A stretch of 49,795 nucleotides of DNA from an uncultured archaeon (GTDB taxonomy: Archaea; Asgardarchaeota; Heimdallarchaeia; Heimdallarchaeales; Heimdallarchaeaceae): positions 1 to 49,795 of the forward strand of contig CAZJUB010000014.1 in the NCBI GenBank assembly GCA_964549075.1, read 5' to 3'. Under the pieces are notes generated by a model. It was not told the origin of the DNA, ran no database searches, and saw only the letters and a list, made by a program, of their open reading frames with translations. This document shows positions 20,517 to 29,861 of this stretch, in pieces (the first letter of the stretch is position 1; the number at the start of each line of letters is the position of its first letter). The position numbers and the translations under genes are program-made.

Positions 20517-20602
20517 TGGAGCCAGGACGGGGATTTGAACCCCGGATCCTATAAGGAACTGATTTTCAAGACCAGCGCCGTTGTCCGCTTGGCTATCCTG
20601 GC
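20517..20602 (-). tRNA. tRNA-Ser(TGA), type II, CCA encoded
   Basis: GCCAGGA...TCCTGGC-T-CCA; anticodon loop CTTGAAA; variable arm TCCT-TAT-AGGA. Confidence 0.92.
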
Positions 20603-20703
20603 TTTATTTTATCAAGCAAAATGTAAAGAGATTAATGTAATTAAAAATATATCTACTGAAGTTAATAGATAAAATCAGCAATGAATTTTACAGATATACC
20701 CAA

Positions 20704-20985
20704 CTAACCACCATGAGAAATCGGGATGATTCTCACATCTAAATCTGACTTGATTGATTCATTTATAATCCCAGTAGTTTTAAGTTCTCTCTTATTTGAA
20801 ACAATAAGATAGCCTGGTTTTATATCATCATTAGCAACTAATAAATGACCAATATTTTCATCTAATTTGAGAACAGAAATAATTCCATCTAGTATCTGCA
20901 TTTCAGCTTGAACTTTACCTGTCAAAATTTGATTATTTGTTTTAATTGAAGGATGAAGATGGATAGTTAATTTATATTCATTCAT
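20704..20985 (-). CDS. Urm1/SAMP-like ubiquitin-fold protein
   Basis: IKPGYLIVSN and C-terminal IIPISHGG. Confidence 0.8.
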   Translation of the reverse strand: MNEYKLTIHLHPSIKTNNQILTGKVQAEMQILDGIISVLKLDENIGHLLVANDDIKPGYLIVSNKRELKTTGIINESIKSDLDVRIIPISHGG

Positions 20986-21024
20986 ACAAAAACCTGGAAA
21001 ATATATAAAACGAAGGGTGGTGTT

Positions 21025-21972
21025 TTACCCTACTTCAATCTCAAACATTCCAAGTAAATCTTCAATATCCTGAGCTATTGCTTCATCTTCTTCGCTTAAT
21101 TCAGCACCTTCTTCTGGTTTTAGAAATTCAATAGCTCTTACTAGACCATTTTCACAGATCATTCTTGGAACATGGGAGCTGGAGAAGAAAATCCCTTCGG
21201 GAGGTTCATCTAGTTCCTCAAAGCTACCAGTATATGTTTCTGTATAAACTTTATTACCTATTATTACCAAATCCCTGTAGAAACCTTTTGGGGTTCCTAA
21301 GTCTCTTAACACTGTAAAGGACTTTTCTAGAATATCTTCTTTTTTAACTTGTTGTTTCACAGCAGTTGCTTCAGGAGCGACAGATTCTGTTACAGTGTCT
21401 TTTGGTACTAATACTTCTTCAGCACTTTTTATCTCGATAGATTCTGATTCTAAAGCAGAAAGAATTGTTGGCATAGGTCTATTTCCAGGAGCACCCATTT
21501 TTGCTAAATGGGAGGGCAATTCAGATGCAGGAACCTGAGCAGGACGATCTTTTAGTTTTACATCTTCATCAGGGATAACAACATCTGCAGTAGATACTGA
21601 AGGAGTATCCTCTTGAGATTCCTCAAACACATTTATTCTACTTTGTCTATCAAGTATTTCTTCAGCTCTTTTCTTAACTGTCTCAGAAAGTAAATCTGTT
21701 TTGTTGATTTTTTGAAGCATGGTTACAAATTCAGCTGTCTCATCATCTTGGTCACAGGATTGAGGAACATAGGCAAAACCATATTCTTTTTTCCTTAAAT
21801 CCGATAAAGCTCGACTACCAATGAATTTCTTTCTTATTGGACAATTAGATCCTTTCCATAACCACATTTTTTTATCTTCTTCATCAACAATAATTAGAAC
21901 CTTTTCAGCACCGAGTCCCAAATCTGTCATTTCTGCCAGAGAACCGTCCTCATGGACTTCTAAGTATCTCAT
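21025..21972 (-). CDS. Gelsolin-domain protein (Asgard actin-regulator type: one gelsolin domain plus a C-terminal domain)
   Basis: VLIIVD..DKKMWLWKGSNC..RKKF...Q.DE..EF gelsolin core; low-complexity linker; acidic tail. Confidence 0.78.
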   Translation of the reverse strand: MRYLEVHEDGSLAEMTDLGLGAEKVLIIVDEEDKKMWLWKGSNCPIRKKFIGSRALSDLRKKEYGFAYVPQSCDQDDETAEFVTMLQKINKTDLLSETVKKRAEEILDRQSRINVFEESQEDTPSVSTADVVIPDEDVKLKDRPAQVPASELPSHLAKMGAPGNRPMPTILSALESESIEIKSAEEVLVPKDTVTESVAPEATAVKQQVKKEDILEKSFTVLRDLGTPKGFYRDLVIIGNKVYTETYTGSFEELDEPPEGIFFSSSHVPRMICENGLVRAIEFLKPEEGAELSEEDEAIAQDIEDLLGMFEIEVG

Positions 21973-22112
21973 TAAGTTTCACACTCAAACTGTATTCGAG
22001 CTATATATTATTCTTACGTTTAATAAAAGTTATCGAAAGTTACCACTACGTTAAAACTATGAAAAGTATACAAAAGAATTAAAATCTTAAAAGTAATTTA
22101 AAATGTTGCAAA

Positions 22113-22844
22113 TTAAAATAATTTCCTGATTTTATCACTTATATTTTTCAGCAAATCAAGAAATGAATCTATCCATAAACTTACCGTATTCAGAATTGGA
22201 ACACCTTGTCTTTCGATAACCATCGCAAAGAAGATTGTACCAAAGAAACCTATTGGTTTACCCAACACATCATGAGCCCAGAACCATGCATCAGCATGGG
22301 AAGCTCCGTAAGCAGATTGAAGTTGAATTGTCATACCTATAACTAACGCAATCCTTAGCAAATTTCCAATAAACAAAGCAATGAGAGAATAAATAGATGC
22401 TTTTATTTTCTTTTTTGTATCAGCGGGAGTTACAATCACCAATGAGAGTAATAATGCTCCTGCTTGCATTCCTGTACAAGCTCGAACCACAGCAAACTGT
22501 CTGTAAGCTAGAGGATTAGTAGATCTTATGACTGGAGTATACCCTCCATGACCATCTAGACTTACAAATATATTTGTTAAAATGACGAATAAGGTTTTAT
22601 CATCATCCAATTCGAAGTAATAACCACCATCCTCAACTGGAAACTGATATAATCCTAATATCTTCTGTACAGTTTCTTTTGTCATCTTCTCTAAGAAATA
22701 ATAATCAGGAACCAAATATAGAACAAGCGTTAAAACTACTACAAAAGCAAGAGATAATAGTGCATAGGTGTATTTTCTTTTACCTGTCAAATCTGTTAAA
22801 GTTCGCATGTTAAGTGATTGTTCTTGATCCTTAGATTCAGTCAT
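22113..22844 (-). CDS. Exosortase/archaeosortase family transpeptidase
   Basis: Multi-TM protein with VVRACTG (Cys), NLLRI (Arg), WAHD (His). Confidence 0.85.
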   Translation of the reverse strand: MTESKDQEQSLNMRTLTDLTGKRKYTYALLSLAFVVVLTLVLYLVPDYYFLEKMTKETVQKILGLYQFPVEDGGYYFELDDDKTLFVILTNIFVSLDGHGGYTPVIRSTNPLAYRQFAVVRACTGMQAGALLLSLVIVTPADTKKKIKASIYSLIALFIGNLLRIALVIGMTIQLQSAYGASHADAWFWAHDVLGKPIGFFGTIFFAMVIERQGVPILNTVSLWIDSFLDLLKNISDKIRKLF

Positions 22845-22911
22845 TACTTTTCAGATTCAGAAAAGTTAGGATAATTAAAAAGTTATTCGTAGGTTAAAAT
22901 TCAAAGATAAA

Positions 22912-25900
22912 TTAACTTGATTTATTATCTTCGTTATCGTTACTTTTAACAAAAAAGTCAGATAGTTTAACCATTCCTTCATAATTTTTGTTTTTAGATT
23001 TTTTAGTTGTTTCTACTTCCTTAAATAATGTTTCTGCATTGTGTTTTATCAGTGCCAATCTATTTTTCAAATATTCCGATAACCCATATTTTTCAACTAA
23101 TCTCTCAGCCATTTCAAGATATTTTGTCACAGATTTTTCGTGAACTGTTAAATTCAAATTAGGCATTTTGCAATTAGGGCATAATTCATTAAGTGGTATT
23201 CGTCTAAATGTTCTGTTACATTTTGTACATCTAAATTTTTGTGAGCCAAATCTTCTCATATTTCCTATAAGATCAGGAATAAAATGGTTTACTATTATTA
23301 GTTTTGCTACATCATTTACATCAACAGATCTGACTAGACTCGCAACTTTGAGTTGGGCTTCAACTTTGTCTTCCATTGTTTCTAAATTTTTGTACGCTGT
23401 AGATTCAGGACCATCGAATATAGAAGAAGTTTCATGAGTATAATAAAAGCCCTCATAAGCTGTTTGATTATCTAACCTGTTTCGTATCATGTCTATTACA
23501 GGTAAAACAGATTTTGGTGAAGCTCGAGTTAAAGTGGCTTCATAAAAAGACAAAGGATACTTTACACAAGTATCTAAGTTATGCGATTCATCATCTACTT
23601 CATGAGGATTAAGATTAGCAACTAAGATTAAAGGTGCATCCATTTTACCTCCACGAATCTCAGGAAGATAAAATTTGGAGAAGTTAAGAAAAGCATCAAG
23701 AGCTAGGATGATAGAATCCTCATCACCATCACAGTTCACGGTCAAACAATTAATGGTATGAAAGTTGCTATACGCGTTTGATGAGTGATTCAAATCAACT
23801 GTTAAACAGTAAGAATTAGCTTTTTTCTTGAGAATCTTTATTTCAGATATTGAATCAAGAAAAAGATCTCCATGTTCTTTTATTTGGGTATAACTTCCAT
23901 TTTGCTTTCTAATCATTCTCTTCTCTGGAAAACCTTTATGAATCATTTTTCGAGCGTTTTCTCTCTTCTCTTTATGGTGTAACGACAAAAAATTTAGTAT
24001 TTGAAGATCTGGCCCTCTTATTGCTATTCTATGAACTATACTTCTCTTTGGAAGTTTTTGTAACTCGTAGTATCGTTTCAAAACTTTTTCACCAAAATGA
24101 GCAGCAGGAGAAGGTTTTCTTTTTCTACAGAATACACCTAAAGAATTTAATAATATTGTTAAGTCTGTAAGAAGTTTTTCTGAAACAGAATAGTAAAGGA
24201 TATTGGAATCAACACTAGGGATACTACCATCACCATCAATCATTGCAGATAGAAGAGCATATTTGTAATCATCTGGTAGGGAAAATATAAATGAAGGGAT
24301 TCTTTTAGTATATGCATTTTTTCCAATGCCAAAAGCATAAGCAAAAAGATACGCATGTATTCTCCCTGTATGAACCAATTGATGATTGTCTTTTTTATAG
24401 TATGGTTCTGAATTTAAACAATCAATTATCAATTGATTGAGATGCTTTCTTAAATCAGAATTTGGGACACTAAAATTAGTTTGATAACAGGTTTTTTCAT
24501 CCCTAATATATCCTTCAGAAATTAAATATCCGAGTAATTCGATGAAATCTTTATTAAAGTTAATATATGGTGAGACAAGATGATCATCTCTAGACATTCC
24601 AATACTTGCATCCAAAGGAATATCATCCCATTCAAAAACTCCTTCTCTTATTAAGATTTCAAGATGATTCAGAGGTATAGAGTTAAACCAATAAAAGTCC
24701 AAAGGATTCTTATATGGCTTAATTGGTAGTTTGTTAATTATTTGCTGCTTCAATCTTAATGGTAACCTATTTGTTGAGGTCAGCTCAGCTTTCTGTTTTT
24801 CTAAAGCATAGTTAATCAATTTTTCTTTCATCCATTGTCTAGCATTTCTTAAGCGAACATCTTGTTTGAAATCTTTGAATTTTTTAGTAGAAGGAAGATT
24901 TTCAGCCAATTCTTTTAGTACATTGATTTTTGAAGGTGGTTCTATTATGGGAATAGGTGGTTTTTTAACAATAGGAATATAATCACCAGTTACTAGCAGT
25001 TTTGCCTTGGTTTTAGTTAATAGTTTACTATTCTCATTCCAAATAAGCATATTATGATCTGGAGTAACTGTTAATGTTCTACCACTTTCAGTTCGTATTT
25101 TAATCCAATCATTACTTTCCCCCTTTATCCAATGTTTAATTGGCTGAAGCATAGATGTATTGTTTGTTTCATCTATGCTTATTACGCTCCAGTGAGGGTG
25201 AAGATTTTCTACAGTAACAGTTCCAAAATCATCAACAGTATCCAGGTTTGCACCTTTGGAAATTAAATTTTCAACTATTTCCTCAATATTTCTATGTATA
25301 ATCTTGTGTTTCTTACTATCCCAAACTACAACTTCTTCATCACCTGATAAACAATTTCTTCTTTTTGCTGCATGCCAATATGGATGAGCAAAATTCACTT
25401 TTGCTTTTGTAAATCCAATTATTCGTCCTGCTATTCCCGCTGAAGTATGAGGCGCTAGTCCAATTATTATTTCTCCTATCAAATCTTCTGATTTTTTAGC
25501 TTTGTAATAAGGAGGAAGCTGGTAGATTTTTTCTAAAAGCTCGTCTATGTACTGACTTACCTTTAGTAAGTGTTTTCCCCCTTCTTCATTAACAACAACA
25601 TCTTGTATTTTTAATTCAATAATTTGATTTTCATCTGTTAATGGTTTCCCATAAATATCAGTCACATATCCATTCTTAAGCAATTGTTCTATACTGATTT
25701 TTACTTCACTTGGTTTGAAATGTGTTAAGACAGCATCAGTGGAATCAAATCGTGTAGTTCCATCTCTATAAACAAAAATACCATGTTTAGATCTTAAAAT
25801 TCCTTTTTCTATTAATTCGGGGACTCTATTTCTATTCATTAATTTCTTTACAGCTTTTACATTATCTGGTAATAGACCGCCAATTGTCTGTTTTGCTTCC

Positions 25901-28083
25901 TTAACTCTATTGCCTATTGGAAAATCTGCTCTAATATATGTAGAAGCTTCTCTGTCACACCTTGGACAAATTTCTTGTTCTAACTCAATATTACAATAAG
26001 TACATCTATATGCAAAAACTGTAGATTCATTACATGTAACACAAAAAGAGGTATTCATGAACTTACCACACTTTGGACAATATCTATTTGCAATATCAAT
26101 AGCGATTGTTTTATTTTCAGATGCCTTATACAAATCCCTAAGTCTTCCACCTTTATCTTCTATCGGGAACAAGAGATGAACAGGTGGTTTCATTCTTCTA
26201 TCCTTTGCCTTTTCAGGTCTTCCCATTCTAGCTCCAGTATAGGTCTGACATTTATTTCTAAGCTTAATTTCATTTAGAGAATTAATCAAATCAATTACTT
26301 TATCTTCAGATCTTTCTATTGGTAAAAACTGTCCATTGTGAATGCCTAAGGAAAATAAGAGGGGAGAACTATAGATGCCAAATTGTAATTTATTGTCATG
26401 AACCTTATGAGGTATGAAAATCCACTCAAGAATCTCTTTGGCTTTTTCATCATATGGAATTTCTAAATTCTCTTTAGTGATAATCTGATTTTTCGCAATA
26501 AAATCTCTTAGAAAGATAAAATCATCAACTGAGATGTTCTCCCAATGGAAAGTATATTCAGGATGGAGAGGGATATGGAAAATCTTTGATATTGCAAAAG
26601 CTTCTTCTGGAGGGGGAATATTTTCAAAAGGATTTTTGATATAAATCTTAATTTTATTTTCTAATTCCTTTGTAAGTAAGTTTTTATCTTCTACAGCAAT
26701 ATCAGCAAATTGCGATCCTAACTCCTGAGACCACCACTCCTCACAATATCCTGCAGGTATTAAGTCATAACTATTCTGATTGAACTCTCCTACACCATAG
26801 AGCATGTCTCCTAGAAATAACACCTCGCTTATTTGTTCCTGTAATTTCTTGGCTTCTTTATAGGTATTGACTTTTATTACATCTCCATTTTTTAGTTTCA
26901 CAATAGGAGGATGAATAGAATCAACAGGCATTACAATTGCACCTTTACCTGGTCTCTCTGTTCTTACATGGGTACCACAAGCTAGAAAATCTTCTGTTAC
27001 TCCCATTAATGCAGGATGAATACCCATTCCTGCTAAACCTGTTGTTCTTGAACGACCATACCGAATTCGAAAACCTCCTTTCTCTGAAGGATGTGCAAAT
27101 ACTGGACGACCTGCAATTACATCTTTTATATATCCTTCATCTGAAAGTACTTCCAAATCTTCTTCATCTACAAAATCATCTTGAATTTCATCTTCATTAA
27201 CTGTATGACTTGCACTTTCATGTATTTTTATTAATTCTTGAAACCAATCCCACCCTTCTAGTTGATTCTCATTCACTTTTCGATATAATTTCTTTGAACG
27301 ACCAACAAGCCCATCATTAAATACAAGACAAGCACCACCTCTAAGGCGATTTGTCTCTATTCTTCTCAAATCTCTGTTTCCCGAGACCTCAACTTTATCT
27401 GTTGGTTCTCCAGTAATTTCTATCGTTAAGTTCTGTGCTGCAAATCTTTGTTCTTCCTTAGAAGTTGGTAATTGTAGATGGCTTACTCTGTTATATAACT
27501 CAAGTTCTTCAAGGTATCGTTCTACTTCACGCTGGTCTGGTTTGTATTTAGCTAAATCTAAATTCTTTCTTACATAATCAGCTAGTAAAACACTCATTCC
27601 CGCTGCTGTCCCTCCTGCAGAACGTATAGGTCCTGCGTAATATATAGCTAGATACTCTGAATCATCATCATTTTTCTTTATCTTAACTTTAGCTATTCCC
27701 TCAATAGGAGCAGCAGTTATACTCTCAGTTATAACAGCAAGAGAACTTCTAATTGCTTGTTCTGCAAGTTGTTCTTTAGTTCCTTGCATTAATTTTCCTT
27801 TACAGATATCTCCAGCAATCTTAAAGGCTACTTTTTCTCTCGATAAGTTTTGTTTTTCATACTCACGGATTTTTTTTCCTATTCCTGCTGGACCAATTAA
27901 ACCTTCAACTCTATCTGCAATATCCTTTGCGATTGGAATCTCCACTTCTGGTGCTGGATCTAAACCTATTTTTCTAGCTTTTGTTGCTATGTTATATACC
28001 TTCTTTATTTTTTTATTGAGCAAATCAAAATATGATTGAATATTGATTGATAGATTATTATTCTGAGTTATTTGATTCACCAT
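22912..28083 (-). CDS. polC: DNA polymerase D large subunit DP2, intein-containing
   Basis: AGPIRSAGGTA, GGFRIRYGRSR, RMGRPEKA, HAAKRRN/CDGDED, Zn fingers. Confidence 0.97.
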   Translation of the reverse strand: MVNQITQNNNLSINIQSYFDLLNKKIKKVYNIATKARKIGLDPAPEVEIPIAKDIADRVEGLIGPAGIGKKIREYEKQNLSREKVAFKIAGDICKGKLMQGTKEQLAEQAIRSSLAVITESITAAPIEGIAKVKIKKNDDDSEYLAIYYAGPIRSAGGTAAGMSVLLADYVRKNLDLAKYKPDQREVERYLEELELYNRVSHLQLPTSKEEQRFAAQNLTIEITGEPTDKVEVSGNRDLRRIETNRLRGGACLVFNDGLVGRSKKLYRKVNENQLEGWDWFQELIKIHESASHTVNEDEIQDDFVDEEDLEVLSDEGYIKDVIAGRPVFAHPSEKGGFRIRYGRSRTTGLAGMGIHPALMGVTEDFLACGTHVRTERPGKGAIVMPVDSIHPPIVKLKNGDVIKVNTYKEAKKLQEQISEVLFLGDMLYGVGEFNQNSYDLIPAGYCEEWWSQELGSQFADIAVEDKNLLTKELENKIKIYIKNPFENIPPPEEAFAISKIFHIPLHPEYTFHWENISVDDFIFLRDFIAKNQIITKENLEIPYDEKAKEILEWIFIPHKVHDNKLQFGIYSSPLLFSLGIHNGQFLPIERSEDKVIDLINSLNEIKLRNKCQTYTGARMGRPEKAKDRRMKPPVHLLFPIEDKGGRLRDLYKASENKTIAIDIANRYCPKCGKFMNTSFCVTCNESTVFAYRCTYCNIELEQEICPRCDREASTYIRADFPIGNRVKEAKQTIGGLLPDNVKAVKKLMNRNRVPELIEKGILRSKHGIFVYRDGTTRFDSTDAVLTHFKPSEVKISIEQLLKNGYVTDIYGKPLTDENQIIELKIQDVVVNEEGGKHLLKVSQYIDELLEKIYQLPPYYKAKKSEDLIGEIIIGLAPHTSAGIAGRIIGFTKAKVNFAHPYWHAAKRRNCLSGDEEVVVWDSKKHKIIHRNIEEIVENLISKGANLDTVDDFGTVTVENLHPHWSVISIDETNNTSMLQPIKHWIKGESNDWIKIRTESGRTLTVTPDHNMLIWNENSKLLTKTKAKLLVTGDYIPIVKKPPIPIIEPPSKINVLKELAENLPSTKKFKDFKQDVRLRNARQWMKEKLINYALEKQKAELTSTNRLPLRLKQQIINKLPIKPYKNPLDFYWFNSIPLNHLEILIREGVFEWDDIPLDASIGMSRDDHLVSPYINFNKDFIELLGYLISEGYIRDEKTCYQTNFSVPNSDLRKHLNQLIIDCLNSEPYYKKDNHQLVHTGRIHAYLFAYAFGIGKNAYTKRIPSFIFSLPDDYKYALLSAMIDGDGSIPSVDSNILYYSVSEKLLTDLTILLNSLGVFCRKRKPSPAAHFGEKVLKRYYELQKLPKRSIVHRIAIRGPDLQILNFLSLHHKEKRENARKMIHKGFPEKRMIRKQNGSYTQIKEHGDLFLDSISEIKILKKKANSYCLTVDLNHSSNAYSNFHTINCLTVNCDGDEDSIILALDAFLNFSKFYLPEIRGGKMDAPLILVANLNPHEVDDESHNLDTCVKYPLSFYEATLTRASPKSVLPVIDMIRNRLDNQTAYEGFYYTHETSSIFDGPESTAYKNLETMEDKVEAQLKVASLVRSVDVNDVAKLIIVNHFIPDLIGNMRRFGSQKFRCTKCNRTFRRIPLNELCPNCKMPNLNLTVHEKSVTKYLEMAERLVEKYGLSEYLKNRLALIKHNAETLFKEVETTKKSKNKNYEGMVKLSDFFVKSNDNEDNKSS
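23734..25353 (-). mobile_element. Intein (540 aa) with LAGLIDADG homing endonuclease in DP2
   Basis: Interrupts KRRN|CDGDED; begins CLSGD, block B TVTPDH, LLGYLISEG and LSAMIDGDG, ends LTVN before a +1 Cys. Confidence 0.93.
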
Positions 28084-28194
28084 ACCATTCTTGAGATTCT
28101 ATTAGAGGATATTTAACTAGATTTTTTAGTTCTTAAACTAGTCCAGCTTTTTCAAGTGATAAAGCTTTATTAATATGAGTAATTTGTTTAGTTT

Positions 28195-28794
28195 GTGATT
28201 AGCGTAATTATAGCGACCAAGAATTTTAGGTTTTTGTATAGACTTAATGAAATTTTATCTGAAATAAAAGAAATCAAAACTAATCACATTTTACCTAATC
28301 AATTAATTCCTTCTGGTACAGATATTGTCATAACAACCGAAATTGAAAAGAAGAAAGTTAATTTCGAAAAATTGTTTGTTCCTAAAGCTTTCAACAGTTA
28401 TTATATATTTTCAAATATCTACTTATTAGCAAAGAATAAAAATTATTTTAATGAAATAATTGTTGGGATTGATCCTGGAAAAACAACTGGTCTTGCCGTC
28501 ATAGCCGAAAAAGAGACTTTATTAGGTAAAGGAGAATTTTATACAGCTGTAGACACTGTAAAAGAAGTAATATCAGTCTTTTTTAATGTTGAAACTTCTA
28601 ATCTCATAATAAAAGTTGGAGAGGGAGGTGGACAGATCAAAAATGAGATTGTAAAAAGATTAGATGAAATCTTTCATAATAAGGTTCCAATACAGATTGT
28701 TAATGAGGATTTCACTTCACAGAAAAAAGTAAATTATTTTGATTCAAAATTTCCTAAAAATATTCAATCAGCAATCCTAATTGCATTAAGATAA
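28195..28794 (+). CDS. RNase H-fold (YqgF/RuvX-like) nuclease domain protein
   Basis: VGIDPGKTTGLAV, IKVG.G, VNEDFTS, SAILIA. Confidence 0.7.
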   Translation: MISVIIATKNFRFLYRLNEILSEIKEIKTNHILPNQLIPSGTDIVITTEIEKKKVNFEKLFVPKAFNSYYIFSNIYLLAKNKNYFNEIIVGIDPGKTTGLAVIAEKETLLGKGEFYTAVDTVKEVISVFFNVETSNLIIKVGEGGGQIKNEIVKRLDEIFHNKVPIQIVNEDFTSQKKVNYFDSKFPKNIQSAILIALR

Positions 28795-28920
28795 AACTAT
28801 TTTCCAGATAGCTAAAATACGCTTTTTTGCATTACCCAAATATCTAAAAGTATTTAAAACTTAGTATCTTAAGATTAGTGTACGAAATCAGATTTGGAAC
28901 GCTAAAGGATAGTAATTTCA

Positions 28921-29802
28921 ATGGATGGCACAGTGATGCAAGATAAAACTATTGATGAAATGATTACTGAAATTCAGACTCAATATAATATCGTAGGAAG
29001 AACAGAAGAACTTCGCAAATGTTTAGCTGCAAAATTAGCAAATAGGCATATTTTATTAGAAGGCGATGTTGGTGTCGGTAAGACAACTCTTGCACATGCT
29101 TTAGCATCTTACTTTACTCAAGATATAGAACGTGTTGATGGAGATGAGAGATATAGTTCTTCTAAATTAGTTGGACACTTTGATCCACCAATGGTCATTG
29201 AAATGGGGTATTCTTGGGACTCTTTCGTTACAGGTCCTTTAACAAAGGCTATGCAACAAGGTGCGATATTATTTCTAAATGAATTAAACAGAATGCCTGA
29301 AGGAACTCAAAATGTTTTGTTAGCAGCAATGGATGAAGGCATTATTATAATCCCAAAACTGGGTGATATAAAAGCAAAAGAAGGATTTTTCATAATAAGT
29401 GCAATGAACCCAGCTGAACTTGTTGCTACAACCCCATTAAGTGAAGCTTTACGAGATAGGTTCGTCTGGATAAGATTACAATATCAACCTGAAGAAGAAG
29501 AGAAGAATATTGTAAGTGTTCGTACAGGTATTACTGATGATAAAATTATATCAATAGCGGTCAAAATTGTTAGACAATCAAGAGATTGGCCTGATTTAAG
29601 AAGAGGTGCTTCTATAAGAGGTGCAATCGATCTAGCAGCTATCATTCGTTTTCTTGAAGTTAATGATATGGAATCTTGGGTTGATGGGTCAATAATGGCA
29701 TTAGCAACAAAAATCGAGTTGGAAGATGGTGTTGAAAGTCAAATTGAAGATGTAATTCGAGATATAGTTTCAAGTGTCTTCAAAGATTTAGATTTTTTAT
29801 AG
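28921..29802 (+). CDS. MoxR-family AAA+ ATPase
   Basis: LLEGDVGVGKT, LFLNELNR, QNVLL.AMDEG, AMNP, LSEALRDRF. Confidence 0.92.
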   Translation: MDGTVMQDKTIDEMITEIQTQYNIVGRTEELRKCLAAKLANRHILLEGDVGVGKTTLAHALASYFTQDIERVDGDERYSSSKLVGHFDPPMVIEMGYSWDSFVTGPLTKAMQQGAILFLNELNRMPEGTQNVLLAAMDEGIIIIPKLGDIKAKEGFFIISAMNPAELVATTPLSEALRDRFVWIRLQYQPEEEEKNIVSVRTGITDDKIISIAVKIVRQSRDWPDLRRGASIRGAIDLAAIIRFLEVNDMESWVDGSIMALATKIELEDGVESQIEDVIRDIVSSVFKDLDFL

Positions 29803-29851
29803 AAGATGGGAGCGGCGACCAATTAGAAGATTTCCAGAAGCCTTTCGTCTT
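29793..29851 (+). other. Putative -1 programmed ribosomal frameshift signal (T TTT TTA, TAG, downstream hairpin)
   Basis: Heptamer 29793-29799 is in register with the MoxR frame; the -1 frame is open from 29748 into the VWA ORF; stem 29803-29816/29840-29851. Confidence 0.6.
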
Positions 29852-29861
29852 TAGAGGAAAG

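Noticed and set aside
20517-20602. Possible tRNA-Sec
   Set aside because: The anticodon is UGA (Ser), not UCA, and the acceptor stem is a normal 7 bp.
20433-20672. 79-aa ORF
   Set aside because: Antisense to tRNA-Ser and the start of topA.
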